A stretch of DNA of 64,000 nt from Callorhinchus milii. Its lineage: Eukaryota. The position numbers and the translations under genes were made by a program. Below the pieces are notes generated by a model. It saw only the letters and a program-made list of their open reading frames with translations, was not told where the DNA came from and ran no database searches. The DNA is taken from assembly GCF_018977255.1 (NCBI RefSeq), contig NW_024704742.1, positions 92,568,001 to 92,632,000 on the forward strand. The letters run 5' to 3'. Below, in pieces: positions 13,111 through 26,155 of this stretch. Position 1 is the stretch's first letter. Every line of letters begins with the position of its first letter.

Positions 13111-14179
13111 TCAAAAAATATAATCTTTAAAGTCCGACTTTAAATTCAATCTTTAAAGGCCTGCTTCATGTCTGCTGCCCAACCGCCTCACCAATGGCGC
13201 CTGCGATTTCAGTCTATCTGCCTCCACTCTCTGGAACTTCATCCTGGAGTCCCTCCGACTCTCTTGCTCACTCGCTCCCCTCATTCAAAGTCCGCCTCAA
13301 AACCTACTTCTTTGACCATGCTTTTGGTCATCAATTGATCACCTTCAACGTCAACAGCAATAACAACTACAAGAACTGGTAAAGTGAAAAGCAGATGTCT
13401 CACAAACCATCGTGGAAAAATTGAGGCGTATTATTGCAGCATGAAGTGGATGCCAGCATTTTTCCACTATATAGCGCCCTTCACACAGGATAGCATCTTG
13501 GAGCTCCCTAACCCCTTGGCTCCTACCCCTAGCTCAGATGCCAAGCCAGGATTGTTAAGTCCCTTGGGACTTTCTCCCGATTTGAAAGGTGCTATGTAAA
13601 TGTGAATTTGTATTGCATTGTATCCTGCAATAGCTCCTGCTAAATCAGCGCTCCACAGCCCGTACTAGGCTTCAAGTATCCATCACTCCCATTATCCTCA
13701 CACTATTGGTTCCTCATTTCCCCCCCACTGGATAGGCTTCAAGGTTCTTGCCCTGACCATCATATTTCTTGTTCTTGCTCTATCCCTACCTCTGCAGTCT
13801 CCTCCAGTTCCATTCCCTACATGGACCCTACATTCCTCCAACTCAGACCTACCCTTCCGATCCACTAATTTTGGCTGCACTTTCATTCACTAAATCCTGC
13901 ATAAAGGATTAGTTTTTAATTAATGCAAAATAAACAGGGGTTGGGAGAAGGTGGTACATTTTAGGATCTTCCTGCACAAACAAGCCTCAATTTTTCCAAG
14001 ATGTTTTGTGAGACATCAGTTTTTGACATTGCTAGCTCTCGATGCACTTGTCAATGCTCATAATGCATTGTTCCACCGCCTCCTGAAGCATTATTTGTGC
14101 AACCATCTCATACCCAACAATAAAAAAAGGGAGGAATAAAAAGTGGTAATCTTTAAATGGCTAAAAATTACATGGTGTA

Positions 14180-14540
14180 AACTTGGCTCAGTCGGTAGCA
14201 TTTGCCTCTGGAGTTGTGAGGTTTAAGCACTATGTCAGACATTAACTCATTGTCTAGGCTGGTACTCTGGTGCTGAGGGGCGCGGCATTGTTGGAGGCAT
14301 CATACCTCTGAAGCCCGATCTGCCTGTTCAGATAGATGTTAAAGATGTCATGACATCATTTGAAAGAGAAGGGAGTTTCTCCTGATGTCCTGGCTAACAA
14401 TCCTCCAAATTAATTATTTGCCCATAGTTGTTTGTGAAATCTTGGTGCATGAAAAATGTCTATGTCACTTGCCTATAAAAGTAGTCACCACACTTGATAG
14501 TATTAATGTGAAATGTTTTGAGACCAATTGACACGATGAT
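14180..14540 (+). mobile_element. Older Deu-domain SINE
   Basis: tggctcagtcggtagc A box; gcattgttggagg...aaagatgtcatg...gaagggagtttctcctg Deu-like block. Confidence 0.65.
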
Positions 14541-15900
14541 ATGTTGAAAAAATGCAGATGATTTCTTTCAAACACTCACAAAGGGTTTTAAACTCTGTGA
14601 TCCACCAACATATTTTTGTACATTCAAATTTGTGCAGATAGCTGCTTTAGTGACAACAGAGTATAAATAGACACTATAAAAATGCAAGATCATCAATGAC
14701 TCACAAGGGGACGAGTGGTTGTGATGTTTGGTACCGATGGGTGAAAATAGTGATTTCCTGTAAGATACTAGTGTTGGTGTGAAATCAGCACTGGACACAA
14801 GTTGTATTCAAAGATACTACAGTCTTGGACTGATTGAGAACAGCAGATGTTCTAGTTGTATATGTATGAGTTTAAACAAAAGCAGAATGAATATTCGTGC
14901 TTGTGCACAGCAATGTGCGAGTTCGAAACAAATTGAGAATGGGACATAGCAATACCAGTCTTCGCTTTCTGCACAAAATATAATTAGTATTTTGTGTTCG
15001 CTAATTTCCAGCCGGTTTTATTGAGGCTACGGTCATGCATGTGTCATGACTTGTGACTTATCGACTGGAGCAATTTTGGTGATTTTGAAAGCTTCCCCAG
15101 GGAGTTGATCTGTATTAAAAAGTTCAAAGCTCTGCCTCTGCCAGTCAGTAACTGTATGATGAGTATTTCTGGAGGGCATATTCGCACATGAATCAATTGT
15201 TATGGAAGCCTGAAATGGTTCCTGAACGTGGCTTGACCCCAGTATGGGCAATTTAACAACACAGGAGATTTTATGGCAGTCTGTGTTATCAATGTAAATC
15301 TGAGCATGGTAAATTCATTCATTTAAGCTGTGGGCCTGATCCTTACATACTGAAAACATTACAGACACCAGTCTGTCACAAGCTCCTCTTTGTACCTAAT
15401 TTGCCATTTGATATGCCCAGGCACAGTTGATAAACTCCTTTTGCTTGGATTAAACAGCTGTCTTGTTGGCCTGAAATGAGTTTCAGGTGGAAGCAGCTGC
15501 CATCAAACAGGTATTAGTGGCTGTGAACCAAGTGTACTCACAGAGGTACTTTTCCTCCCCTCTTCCCTTTATTTATTTGATGATGGTTTTCTGGTCAAGT
15601 ATCTATTCCAGTCAAGTTTTTAGTTATTGTAAATGGTTAAAAAATGTAATAGAAAGTTATGGAGGGAAATTTACCACATGTGATGGGTTAATGGTCACAG
15701 AGTGCAATATTCTCAATCCCATTTGCCCAATACTTGCAAATGGTTGGACTGACCACTCTCTGATTTCTGGAGAATGTTTTTTCCTTTTTCATTTGTTCAA
15801 CCCTATTTTTGAAAAAAATGTTAAATAAAAGCATTTAGAATTTTTTTAAACTGCAGTTCCTAGACTGTGTATTTTGTTGGCAAAATCCAATGAGAATATT

Positions 15901-16205
15901 TAATAATAATAATCCTTGCATTTGATATAGCACTCTTCACGTCTTCTAGATGTCTCAAAGTGCTTCACAGAATATACTGTAAAGTGAATTGACTGTATAT
16001 TTGTGCACCAGCCAATTGCATACAGCAGTGTCCCACAAACAGTCATGGATTGAAGTGACAAATTTATTATTGTTTGTTTTCTTGAGGGATTATTATCAGG
16101 CATGTGGAGTAAGGAAACTTGCCCAAGGTTTCGCTCTGCTGGGAATCAAATCCAGGTCTCTCGCTTGCGCGGCGAATGCTCTAACGACTGAGCTGCAGGA
16201 TTCAC
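15901..16205 (-). mobile_element. tRNA-derived SINE, full length
   Basis: Reverse complement of the 21003 copy, from the (taa)n tail to the tRNA head. Confidence 0.88.
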
Positions 16206-16257
16206 AAAGGGAAGGGAGCTTCTCTTGGTGCCCAGCCAACAATCCTCTGGATAAATT

Positions 16258-16570
16258 TAATAATAATAATCCTTGCATTTGAATAGCGCTTTTCACATCT
16301 TCTGGACGTCCCAAAGCGCTTCACAGAATATACTGCAAAGTGAATTGACTGTATATTTGTGGGCGAACGCGGCAGTCAATTACGCACAGCAATGTCCCAC
16401 AAACAGTCATGGATTGAAAAATGACCAATTTATTATTGGGTTTTTTTGGAGGGATTATTATTAGGTGTGTGGAGTAAGGAAACCTTCCCAAGGTTTCGCC
16501 CTGCCTGGAATTGAACCCAGGTCTCTCGCTTGCAAAGCGAGTGCTCTAACCACTGAGCTACAGGACTCCA
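16258..16570 (-). mobile_element. tRNA-derived SINE, full length (second tandem copy)
   Basis: Same family; head ...gagctacaggactcca. Confidence 0.9.
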
Positions 16571-17148
16571 TTTGCTCATTCACTTTACTTGTGTGCTTAA
16601 TAGCTGCTGTGTTTACCTACAAAATGCACAGTCACTTTTGCAGTAAATCCTGTGAAGCTCTTTGAGACATCTTGATGATGATGTAACAAGATACTGTGTC
16701 AAATGCATGGATTATTAATTTCTCCTGGGCGTTCAGTTTAAAAAATTCTTTCTATATTAGGTCTGGAACTGATCATTTAAACACTTGCAGTCTGTACTGA
16801 TAAATGCTAACAATCTGGTTGTTTAGAAAATGTTCATTCTATATTTTTGAAGTATAAATTTGCTCATTCGATTCCTGTTCATTTTACAATTGCCGTCGCT
16901 GAAGCAAACAAACAGAAGAACATTGCCACTGAATGCATCTGAATAAAAATGAAAGATATCATTCAGCATTTGATTTGTTCCAAACCTAAGTAAAAACTGA
17001 AAAGCGTAGTCTCCACCGATGCAGTGATTTACCCTTGAGCAGAGGATTACTTACAACCAATTGGATTTAGTGTCTGGAATATAACATTTCTGCAAATAAG
17101 TCTGGCCTTTGCTGTAACAAACTGAGCCCTTTTATCCTCTCCCACCAG

Positions 17149-17323
17149 CTGTCATCCCATGTCTGGTGAGTGTTCGTGCAAACCTGGATGGTCTGGACTG
17201 TACTGCAATGAAACATGTGCTCCTGGATTTTATGGTGAATCTTGCCAACAAATCTGCAGCTGCCAGAATGGTGCTGACTGTGACAGTGTAACTGGCAAAT
17301 GCATCTGTGCACCAGGATATAAG
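17149..17323 (+). CDS. MEGF10: MEGF10 exon, EGF-like ([58 protein letters not shown])
   Basis: cccaccag acceptor, gtaac donor, 175 nt, phase 2 to 0. Confidence 0.95.
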
Positions 17324-17711
17324 GTAACAGGCCTGGTATTTCTTTGCTTGGGTGGGGTGTGGGGGGAAGTGATTGAGTAACAGTCTCTTTGCTTAAACAA
17401 TAGAGGTTTATCATTTTCTTCAACTTCATTTTAATCTCCAGTTTTCTCCTTTTAATTCTGTATGAAGTTCTTCTCCTCTTGATGGCCTCCTGTCTGGGAT
17501 AGGAGATGTGAAACTTCCATTCATGTCAAAATCATTATTATTAGTTACCAATTATCCAAAAGCAAATATTATTAATAATATTTGACATAGTACTTTTGAT
17601 ATATCAAACATTTGATGTAGCACTTATCACACTAAAACACTTTAAGGTGCTTTGAACAAAATTAATTTATTTGAAGTGTAATTAGTATTATGTAATATTT
17701 GTAATATATAT

Positions 17712-17955
17712 CCCACTCTCTGGAACTCCATCTCGCAGTCCCTCCACCTCGCCCCCTCCCTGCCTCCTTCAAGACCCATCTTAAGACCCTCCTCTTTGAC
17801 AGTGCCTTCGGTCACCCTCCTTTCCCCCACCCTGCCCTCCACCCTCCCCAAACCCAACCTCCAGCTCGTATCCGAAACACTGATTGTCCAGCACTTTGGG
17901 AAGTCCTCCTGACGTGAAAGGCGCTATACAAATGCAAAGATTATTATTATTGTTA
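17712..17955 (+). mobile_element. L2 LINE 3' end fragment
   Basis: TLWNSI...FKTHLKTLLF; L2 tail. Confidence 0.8.
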
Positions 17956-18918
17956 TGACTATTGACAAAGAACTTCTGGGTCTAAACACCTTGCATTTTC
18001 AATAAAATTATATTTTTTCCTATCTAAGATGTCAGTTCATCATGTGGGAACCAGATCCGACGTTTGAAACTCCTTTATTATGATTTGAATCGTGACAGTA
18101 ATGGATCCATGAGCAGAATTGGGAGGCTGCAATAAGTACAAAAATTCAGGTTACATCATAAGCTCTGAGACCAAAGCTAAGAGAACAATATCTGGGGTGG
18201 GATTTTGAACACTTTCAAAGTAAAGTCAGTCTGCTGAAGCCCCACTGTGTCGAGACTCATGGCTGGAAACGACACGCTCAAATAACAACAGGGAGAGATT
18301 GGCAGTGTTTTTTTAATATCACAAGGAATGTGTTAGGAACACCACAATATTATTCCTTAATCATCACCAGAGTTAACCGAGCTATCCATCGGTGCTGCCT
18401 TCAAGTTGCTGCAATCCATTCATCGGTAAGATATTCTGTCAATTGGTTAGAGTCAAGGATAAGCGCTCCAGGTGAAGGGCGCTATATAATAAGCTACCCT
18501 GAGCGAAGGGCACTATATAAATGCAAGTTGTTGTTGTTGATATAACCAAACGGCTTGCAAATCCCTGTATGAGGAGTGAGAAATTTGCAGCTTTACTCCC
18601 TCCTGCTTTCCTTTACTTGGTCCAGCTTCCTTTGCCAGTTATCAGCCTCTGTCAAGCTCTTTTTGAAGAGCTTTGAGGTGCACTCCTGACATAAACGTTT
18701 CAATACCAAATGTAAGGATTATCATTCTCTATTAGGATTTTTACAACTGTTCAAAATAAGTTAGCAGCATTTTTCAGGAATTGGCCTATCATAGACCTGA
18801 GTGCCTATGTTTTTAGTATTTAAAGATCCAAATAACTGATTGATAGAATTTTGAAGTTATTTTCCCTCCCATTTGCTATATGTGTGCAAACTGTCTTTTA
18901 CTTGTCATTGGATATATA

Positions 18919-19029
18919 CAGGGTGACCAAAAAAGTCGTGATACCATTACAATGTCTAATAACTCTTGAAATGATGATATAATTTTTTAGATAATAGGGC
19001 AGTTATCATGACTTTTTGGTCACCCTTTG
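18919..19029. mobile_element. Tc1/mariner-type MITE (~110 bp)
   Basis: TIRs cagggtgaccaaaaaagtcgtgata and tatcatgactttttggtcaccctttg, each flanked by TA. Confidence 0.75.
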
Positions 19030-19049
19030 TACTTGAAAATAATAAAATA

Positions 19050-19165
19050 GCAAGGCTATAGAGAAAGAGTGAGGGAATGGGACTAATTAGATGGCTCTTT
19101 CAAAGAGCTGGCACAGGCACGATGGGCCGAATGGCCTCCTTCTGTGCTGTAAGATTCTATAATTT
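19050..19165 (+). mobile_element. CR1 3' UTR fragment
   Basis: gatgggccgaatggcctccttctgtgctgtaagattctat tail. Confidence 0.7.
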
Positions 19166-19635
19166 TAAGATCTGCTAGCACTGGTTGGGCCAAGTATAAG
19201 TTGTGTGACAGTAACTCGGGGTGACTGGCATTCGATTTTTCTCTTACAATATGGAAACCTCAAACCTAAGCTCAGCTCCTCCCTCCGATGGCTTGGATGA
19301 CCTCAAGAAATGCAGTAGGGGAAAGGGGAATGCAAGCCCATATTCCATCAATCTATCCTCAAATGAGTGCAGTCAGTGGGCTTGCTGCAAGGGTTACCTA
19401 TTTGCATCATTTTATTTTGTTTTAAATTTCACAGTGAACATATGTTTCTCATATACTAATAACTGTAGGCTTCATCCCATTATTAGAAAAAATGCAAAGC
19501 CAAGGACAAGAAAAGTCTGGCCTGATGGATTTCCGCATAAGTCAGATATCCTGACGACCAAAAAATATGAGAGTAGTGCTGCATCTCGACTATTTTGAAA
19601 CAATAGTTCATTTGTGATTTCAATTTTTCCACTAG

Positions 19636-19756
19636 GGTCGCAACTGCTCAGTTCCTTGTCCTCCTGGGATGAACGGAGTTAACTGCTCCTCTACCTGCAA
19701 ATGCAAAAATAAAGCTACCTGCTCGCCCATAGATGGTTCATGCAGTTGCAAGGAAG
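19636..19756 (+). CDS. MEGF10: MEGF10 exon, EGF-like ([40 protein letters not shown])
   Basis: ttccactag acceptor, gtaag donor, 121 nt, phase 0 to 1. Confidence 0.93.
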
Positions 19757-20298
19757 GTAAGATATGGCCAGAGCCCACAGGATGGAAGACTGAAAATACT
19801 GTACATTTTGTTCATTGATTAAAGCATTACAAAAGTATGTTTCCCACGCGTTCATTGTGTAAAAGCTATCTCTAGTGGAATAAGAATTAGTTTTCTACAG
19901 GGAGGTTACCTTACACTGATCACTTGAATTGATCATCTTTATAGAGACGTTACAACAAGATGGATTATAGTCGGTGAATGTGAACGCACAGTCTTTCTTG
20001 TACTCCCCGAGTTTCTCTGGCTTCTTTACTGCTCAGCAGATACAGCAGATCCACACTGGGATGGAAAAAATAACTCCTGATATCCGTGAAGTCATGAAGT
20101 CAAATTACAACCAAAAAGAATTGCTGGATTCTTTGTGGCTGTGTTGAAAAAAAGAAGTGGAGGAAAGCAGATTTTTATTTATTGAACATAACAATTGACA
20201 AACCTGTGGCTTTACAGGTCAAATAATTGAATATGTTTTTGAGACGTTATATCTCTGACTATTTTCATCACAGATCATTCCTGATTTCTCTCTGCTAG

Positions 20299-20462
20299 GT
20301 TGGCATGGAGTTGATTGCTCAATTCCTTGTCCCAGTGGTAGATGGGGTCTTGGCTGTAACTTTACCTGTCGGTGTGCCAATAGAGGATCCTGCAATGCCT
20401 TGGATGGTTCCTGCACTTGTTTACCAGGATGGCAAGGGGAGAAATGCACCCTTCCATGTCAG
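20299..20462 (+). CDS. MEGF10: MEGF10 exon, EGF-like ([55 protein letters not shown])
   Basis: ctctgctag acceptor, gtagg donor, 164 nt, phase 1 to 0. Confidence 0.95.
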
Positions 20463-20489
20463 GTAGGCAGTATACTCCCATTATGGATA

Positions 20490-20860
20490 CGGTTAGTGTA
20501 CTCGCCTCACAAGCGAGAGGACCTGGCTTCGATTCTCGGGCAGGGCAAAACCTTAAGCAAGTTTCCTTACTCCACACGTCTCTGTTTACCGAGCAGTTAG
20601 CGGATCACTTTCTGTTCGTAATAATTTGTTATTCGCTCCCTCACTCACTTAATGCATGACTGGTTGTGGGACACTGCTGTGCGTTATTGACTGCCGTGTA
20701 TCTCCCATAAAATATACAATAAGTATATTTTAATTATATTTTAATTATTTTAATTACAGCATATCACAGTTAAAATATATTCTGTGAAGAGCTTTGAGAT
20801 GTCTCAACAACATGAGAAGGCATTATACCAAATGCAAGGATTATTATTATTATTTATTAT
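20490..20860 (+). mobile_element. tRNA-derived SINE (variant), starting ~28 bp after an exon donor
   Basis: ctcgcctcacaagcgagagg anticodon arm, B box, (tta)n tail. Confidence 0.75.
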
Positions 20861-21002
20861 TTACCTCGCTATAGCTGTAGCATTGAAGAACAATGGTGAA
20901 GCTGTCAGTAATGTACAAGCTCAATTGCAGAAATCTATCTTTCATTCTATACTACATTGATGGGCCCTTTCCCCAAGGCTAGGGGACCCCAGAGTGTGTT
21001 TG

Positions 21003-21318
21003 TGGAGTCCTGTAGCTCAGTGGTTAGAGCACTCGCCTTGCAAGCGAGACACCTGGGTTCAATTCCAGGCAGGGCGAAACCTTGGGCAAGTTTCCTTACT
21101 CCACACGCCTAATAATAATCCCTCCAAAACAAAAGCAATGATAAATTGGTCATTTTCAATCTACGACTGTTTGTGGGACATTGCTGTGCGCAATTGGCTG
21201 CCACGTTCGCCCACAAATATACAGTCAATTCACTTTACAGTGTGTTCTGTGAAGCGCTTTGGGACGTCCTCCCGACGTGAAAAGCGCTATATCAAATGCA
21301 AAGATTATTATTATTATT
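21003..21318 (+). mobile_element. Young tRNA-Ala(TGC)-derived SINE, full length
   Basis: GGAGTCCTGTAGCTCAGTGGTTAGAGCACTCGCCTTGCAAGCGAG...GGTTCAATTCC head, L2-like stem-loop tail and (tta)n. About a dozen related copies in the window. Confidence 0.92.
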
Positions 21319-22322
21319 GGAGAACTGCTGGAGTCTAACTAACTAAAACAGCATAGCTTGCCATTGAGAGCATTGTTGGGCAGGCTTTGCTACTGTTTGT
21401 CCAGTTAGGAGCACCCAACTATTAAGGCTTGGGTTTGCAGGTTTAACAAGAATGGAGTGAGAAGAATCCCTGCCCCCAGTGCCACTGCAAGTCCTGCCGA
21501 TGTCTGATAAAGTGCTCAAGGCCTCCCCACAGTTGCACCTTAGAGGTGGATATGAATGATTTACATGCTTAGATGAAATTTACAGATCACGATACATATC
21601 CAAAGCACACACAATCACTTCCAGAAGTGAAGTGATTCAGAACAGGTGATCTGGTTTGGATGTCCCCATTTTTCAGCATACTGATCGGAACTGAGGAGAG
21701 ATCAGCGCACAGTCAACCACACATTACAGCTCAGGAAATACAAGATGTCATGAATTTACAGACTATATTTTCCAAGTATGAATCTCCCTTTGTACAACAA
21801 TTTAATTTGCCCATCCTCTGAGTCGGGGGTTGTTAGCAGTACCTTTTCCTAATGTTCCATTGTTATTAACTGAAATATAACATTCATGCTGTGAGCACCA
21901 TGTTGACATTTTATATGACTCAGTCCTTCCATAGACTCCCTATTTTCTCTAACTGATTTCATAAATTTACTCAGTCCGCATAGCCCAACAGATTTAATTA
22001 ACTTTGCTTTAGTAACCAAATGTCCTTAATACACTCAATTCCTTATTAACTCACAGAGCTTTTATAATTTGAAATCTTGTACTTAAATTCAATTCAGAGA
22101 GAAATGCAACAGTCATGCCAAAAATAAGCTTAGCTTTGCAACTGTAACCCCTGGACTAGTAATATTCACCACTTTGGGCATGATTACCTTGGCAATATGC
22201 ACAGTAATCAGATTTTATGACTTTAAATGACTCATAGATGCACAATTGATCAGCTGTTTTTAGAAAGTTGTGATGGCAACCACAAGATATTGAAAGTATA
22301 AATGCATTTGACACTTTACACA

Positions 22323-22690
22323 TGTGGAGTCCTGTAGCTCAGTGGTTAGAGCACTTGCCTTGCAAACGAGAGACCTGGGTTTGATTCCCGGTTAGGGCAA
22401 AATGTTGGACAAGTTTCCTTACTCCACACACCTCTGTTTAACCTCGCAATACATAGGAACCTGGTTGGTAGTTGATTGGCGGATCGCTTTTTCAGGGGTA
22501 ATAATTTCTTTTAAAAAATTGGTCACTTCAATGCATGTCTGTTTGTGGGACACTGCTGTGCGCAATTGGCTGCTGCGTTTCGCCCACAAATATACAGTCA
22601 ACTCACCTTACAGTATATTCTGTTAAGCGGTTTGAGATGTCTCGAAGACATGATAAAGTGGTATATCAAATGTAAGGATTATTATTATTT
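22323..22690 (+). mobile_element. tRNA-derived SINE (longer variant)
   Basis: Same head; extra internal segment ctctgtttaacctcgc...gatcgc. Confidence 0.85.
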
Positions 22691-22936
22691 AACCAACTGA
22701 CTGCAAAATACGATCTTTATCTATCTTTAACTCCCACCTTAAGACCTACCTCTTCGACTGCACCTTTGGTCACCTCCCCATTCTCCTTATAAATGCAAGT
22801 CGTTGTTGTTGTCTATAATTAATTTTGTCTTCTGCTTCCTGAGTTGTTTCATTCTTTCAGGGGCTTCATCAAATGCCAAAGTTATAGTGTTGTTATGTTA
22901 ACACGACTACCCATTATTTGGATAAGATTAATTTAA

Positions 22937-23140
<204 letters not shown>

Positions 23141-24668
23141 TAAACAGGTCTATTGGCTATTTTGCGTTAAGAAAGATGACAAATGGAAAGTGTTGTGAAA
23201 CAGATCCATTGGAATCCATGACTTGGAATCCATTGATTGGAAGAGTTGCCTCATCTATATCATGTTGTCAGAATAGGTATTACAACATCTCATTAATGAC
23301 AACATCATTGATTCCCAGGATGATTTCCTGTGTGTCCTGTCTTGTATCCCAGTCACAAGAGCATTATGGCAACGGAAGTTATATTCAAGGCTTGGCCAGA
23401 ATTACAGTTAAAGTTCAGCTGATAAAGAGTGTTTCCTTTCTGTACTTCCAAATGTTAGACTTTTCCTGAAGCTTTTCCAAAAGAAAATTATCTGAAAAGT
23501 TTGTCTATCAGGGGACAGTTCATAAATGTGGGGAGACAGTGCCAAAGAGTTAGTAGTTATTACATTGTATAAGAAAACACAGAGTGTCTTCGAATTCTCA
23601 TGATAGCTGGGGAGTCTGGTGTGAACAGTGGGTTCCAGCATCTAATCAGCAAGAGCAATCTTACTGACCTTGACGAACTGCCAATATCCGTTTCAGTGTC
23701 AGTCAATTCTGTGAAGATGCAATCCCACAGTGATTAAAATATATAAACAAACAAGGAGGGGAATGTGATGCTCTCAAGAGCGAGCGCTGATGAGTCCCAG
23801 TAATAACCAGGAACTCAAAAGAGATCTTCTCAAAGGTAGCTTGCCCAGCATGTTGGTGAAGAGTTGAATGGGAGGTCACCACCCAGTATTTCAGAAGTGG
23901 GGCTAGCATTTTGCCCCACTGTGAAAATAAACTGTGCAGCTCCAGAGCCAGTGGGCCCTAAATCGGGATGCCCAGTAGGGAACACACACCCTGCAAATAA
24001 AATTACATTTTGCCTCCATTCTGGCTGTCATAAAGAGGACTGAGTGATATTAATTGTGCTCCACCTACAACAAAAAGGAGCAGTTCTCGTAACCTCCCTC
24101 TATCCTGGAGTCTTTTCTGGGATGCAACAAACAACAAATATTTTTAATTTGTACTTAGATAACATCTCAAAGCACTTTACAGAGCCTGAGTCTTTAAGCT
24201 TTTATGAGATACCATATAAATGCAAGTTGTTGTTGTTGAGTGAGAACTGGAGCTGGGAGATAGATAGGAGAGGTGGCGACAGATGGCTGGAAAGGAAAAT
24301 AAGACATAGGACAGACGGAAAGACATCGAAAAGGAACATTTTGTCCCAATAGTTTTCTTGGTAGGATGTTGACCTCATGCACAATATATATAGTATATTC
24401 ACAAGATTACAAGAGAGGCTTAGATGAAGAAGGCCCTTCTGGTCTTTTCATCTCAACCTCCCAGAACACCCACCAAACTGTTCTCCAATCCCAGCATTAA
24501 GCTGTTTCTTAAATGAATCCAGCATGAATCCATTTATGTACATAAATGTGAGTCTCCTTTCTCAATTCCATTTAAAATGTTATATAACTCCATTAGGTCC
24601 TATCTTTGATGTTCCTTTCATGACTGAAGAGCTGTAGTTTGTCTAATCATTGCTCATTCCTCTAACAC

Positions 24669-24972
24669 TGGAGTCCTGTAGCTCAGTGGTTAGAGCACTG
24701 CGAGACACCTGGGTTCAATTCCAGGCAGGGCGAAACCTTGGACAAGTTTCCTAGCTCCACATGCCTAATAATAATCCCTCCAAAACAAAGCAATAATAAA
24801 TTGGTCATTTTCAATCCATGCCTGTTTGTAGGGACACTGCTGTGCGCAATTGGCTGCCGCGTTTCTCCCACAAATATACGGTCGATTCACTTTACAGTCT
24901 ATTCTGTGAAGCGCTTTGAGAAGTCGAGAAGATGTGAAAAAGCGCTATATCAAATTCAAGGATTATTATTAT
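24669..24972 (+). mobile_element. tRNA-derived SINE with anticodon-arm deletion
   Basis: Head gagcactgcgagacacc lacks the anticodon loop; body and tail intact. Confidence 0.88.
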
Positions 24973-25261
24973 AACACTGGGGATCGTTGCTTGTTGCTCT
25001 TCTCTGCACTGCTTCTGGGGCTCAGACAGTTCCCTTATATTGCGATGAGCAGAACTGTTTGCAGTAACACTGACAGCGTCAGGAGGAGGCAATAAAAAAG
25101 AAATGTATCTAAAGTTGGTGTTGCTTTTGGTACAACATCAATGAGATTGACCCAGGACTTCCGCACAGCAACTGAAGGCAACAAGGTTCAATGCTTTCAA
25201 GATATGAGGGAATTTTGTTCAGAGGCCCTTTGTCAGACTGTTGCCAAATTTCATGATTTAC

Positions 25262-26155
25262 AATAGAATCATAGAATTGTACAGCACAAAAAGAGGCCAT
25301 TCGGCCCATCGAGTTTGTGCCGGCTCTTTGAATAGAGCAATTAAAGTCAATCCCACTCCCCAGCCCTTTCCCCATAACCCTGCAAACCCGTGCTCTTCAA
25401 ATACCCATCCACCACGTTTTTAAAAGTAGTTATCGAATTGGCCTCCACCACCCTTTCAGGCAATGTGTTCCAGATTCCAACAACTCGCTGCGTGAAAAAA
25501 TTTCTTCTCACCTCCCCTCTACTTCTTTTAGATACTATGTTGAATCTGTGACCTCGAGCCACCAGTGGAAACAGTTTTTCCCTTTCTAACCTATCAAATC
25601 ACCTCATGATTTTGAAGACCTCTATTAGGTCTCTTCGTAAACTTATCTGCTCCAATGAGAATAATCCCAGCCTCTCTAACCTTTCCTCATAATCAAGGTC
25701 CCTCATTCCTGGTACCATCCTTATAAATCTCCTCTGCACTCTTTTCAATGCCTTAACATCCTTCCTATAGTGTGGTGCCCAGAACTGGGTGCAGTATTCT
25801 AACTGAGACCTAACCAGTGTTTTATAGAGGTTAATCATAACCTCCCGACTCTTGTACTCTATACCCCTATTTATAAAGCCTAGAATCCCATTTTCCCTTT
25901 TTACAGCTTTATCTACCTGTCCTGCCACCTTCAAGGATTCAGTTACCTGCACCCCCAGGTCTCTCTGTTCTTTTACCCCCCTTAAAATTGTATTACCAGC
26001 CTGTATTGCCTCCCCTCATTCTTTCTACTAAAATGTACTACTTCGCATTTCTCTACATTGAAACTCATCTGCCATGTATCTGCCCATTTTACCATTCTGT
26101 CTATGTCTTCCTGCAGTTGGCTCTTATCCTTCTCAGTGTTTACCACCCTACCTAA
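25262..26155 (-). mobile_element. CR1 LINE 3' fragment
   Basis: ORF 25599..25952 (LYKTLVRSQLEYCTQFWAPHYRKD...LGLFSLE); catagaat repeats equal the (ATTCTATG)n CR1 tail. Confidence 0.9.

Noticed and set aside
21004..21078. tRNA-Ala(TGC)-like cloverleaf
   Set aside because: It is the head of a multi-copy SINE, continuing into a ~240-bp body and tail. The acceptor and T arms are imperfect and there is no Pol III terminator after it.
20994..21338. Recurrent ORFs ending KRYIKCKDYYY (also at 15900, 52141, 61913)
   Set aside because: Chance translations of the SINE, not a protein family.
23787..23825. CTGATGAGTCC resembling a hammerhead core (also CTGATGAG near 35313)
   Set aside because: No properly placed stem II partner plus GAAA, and no stems I or III.
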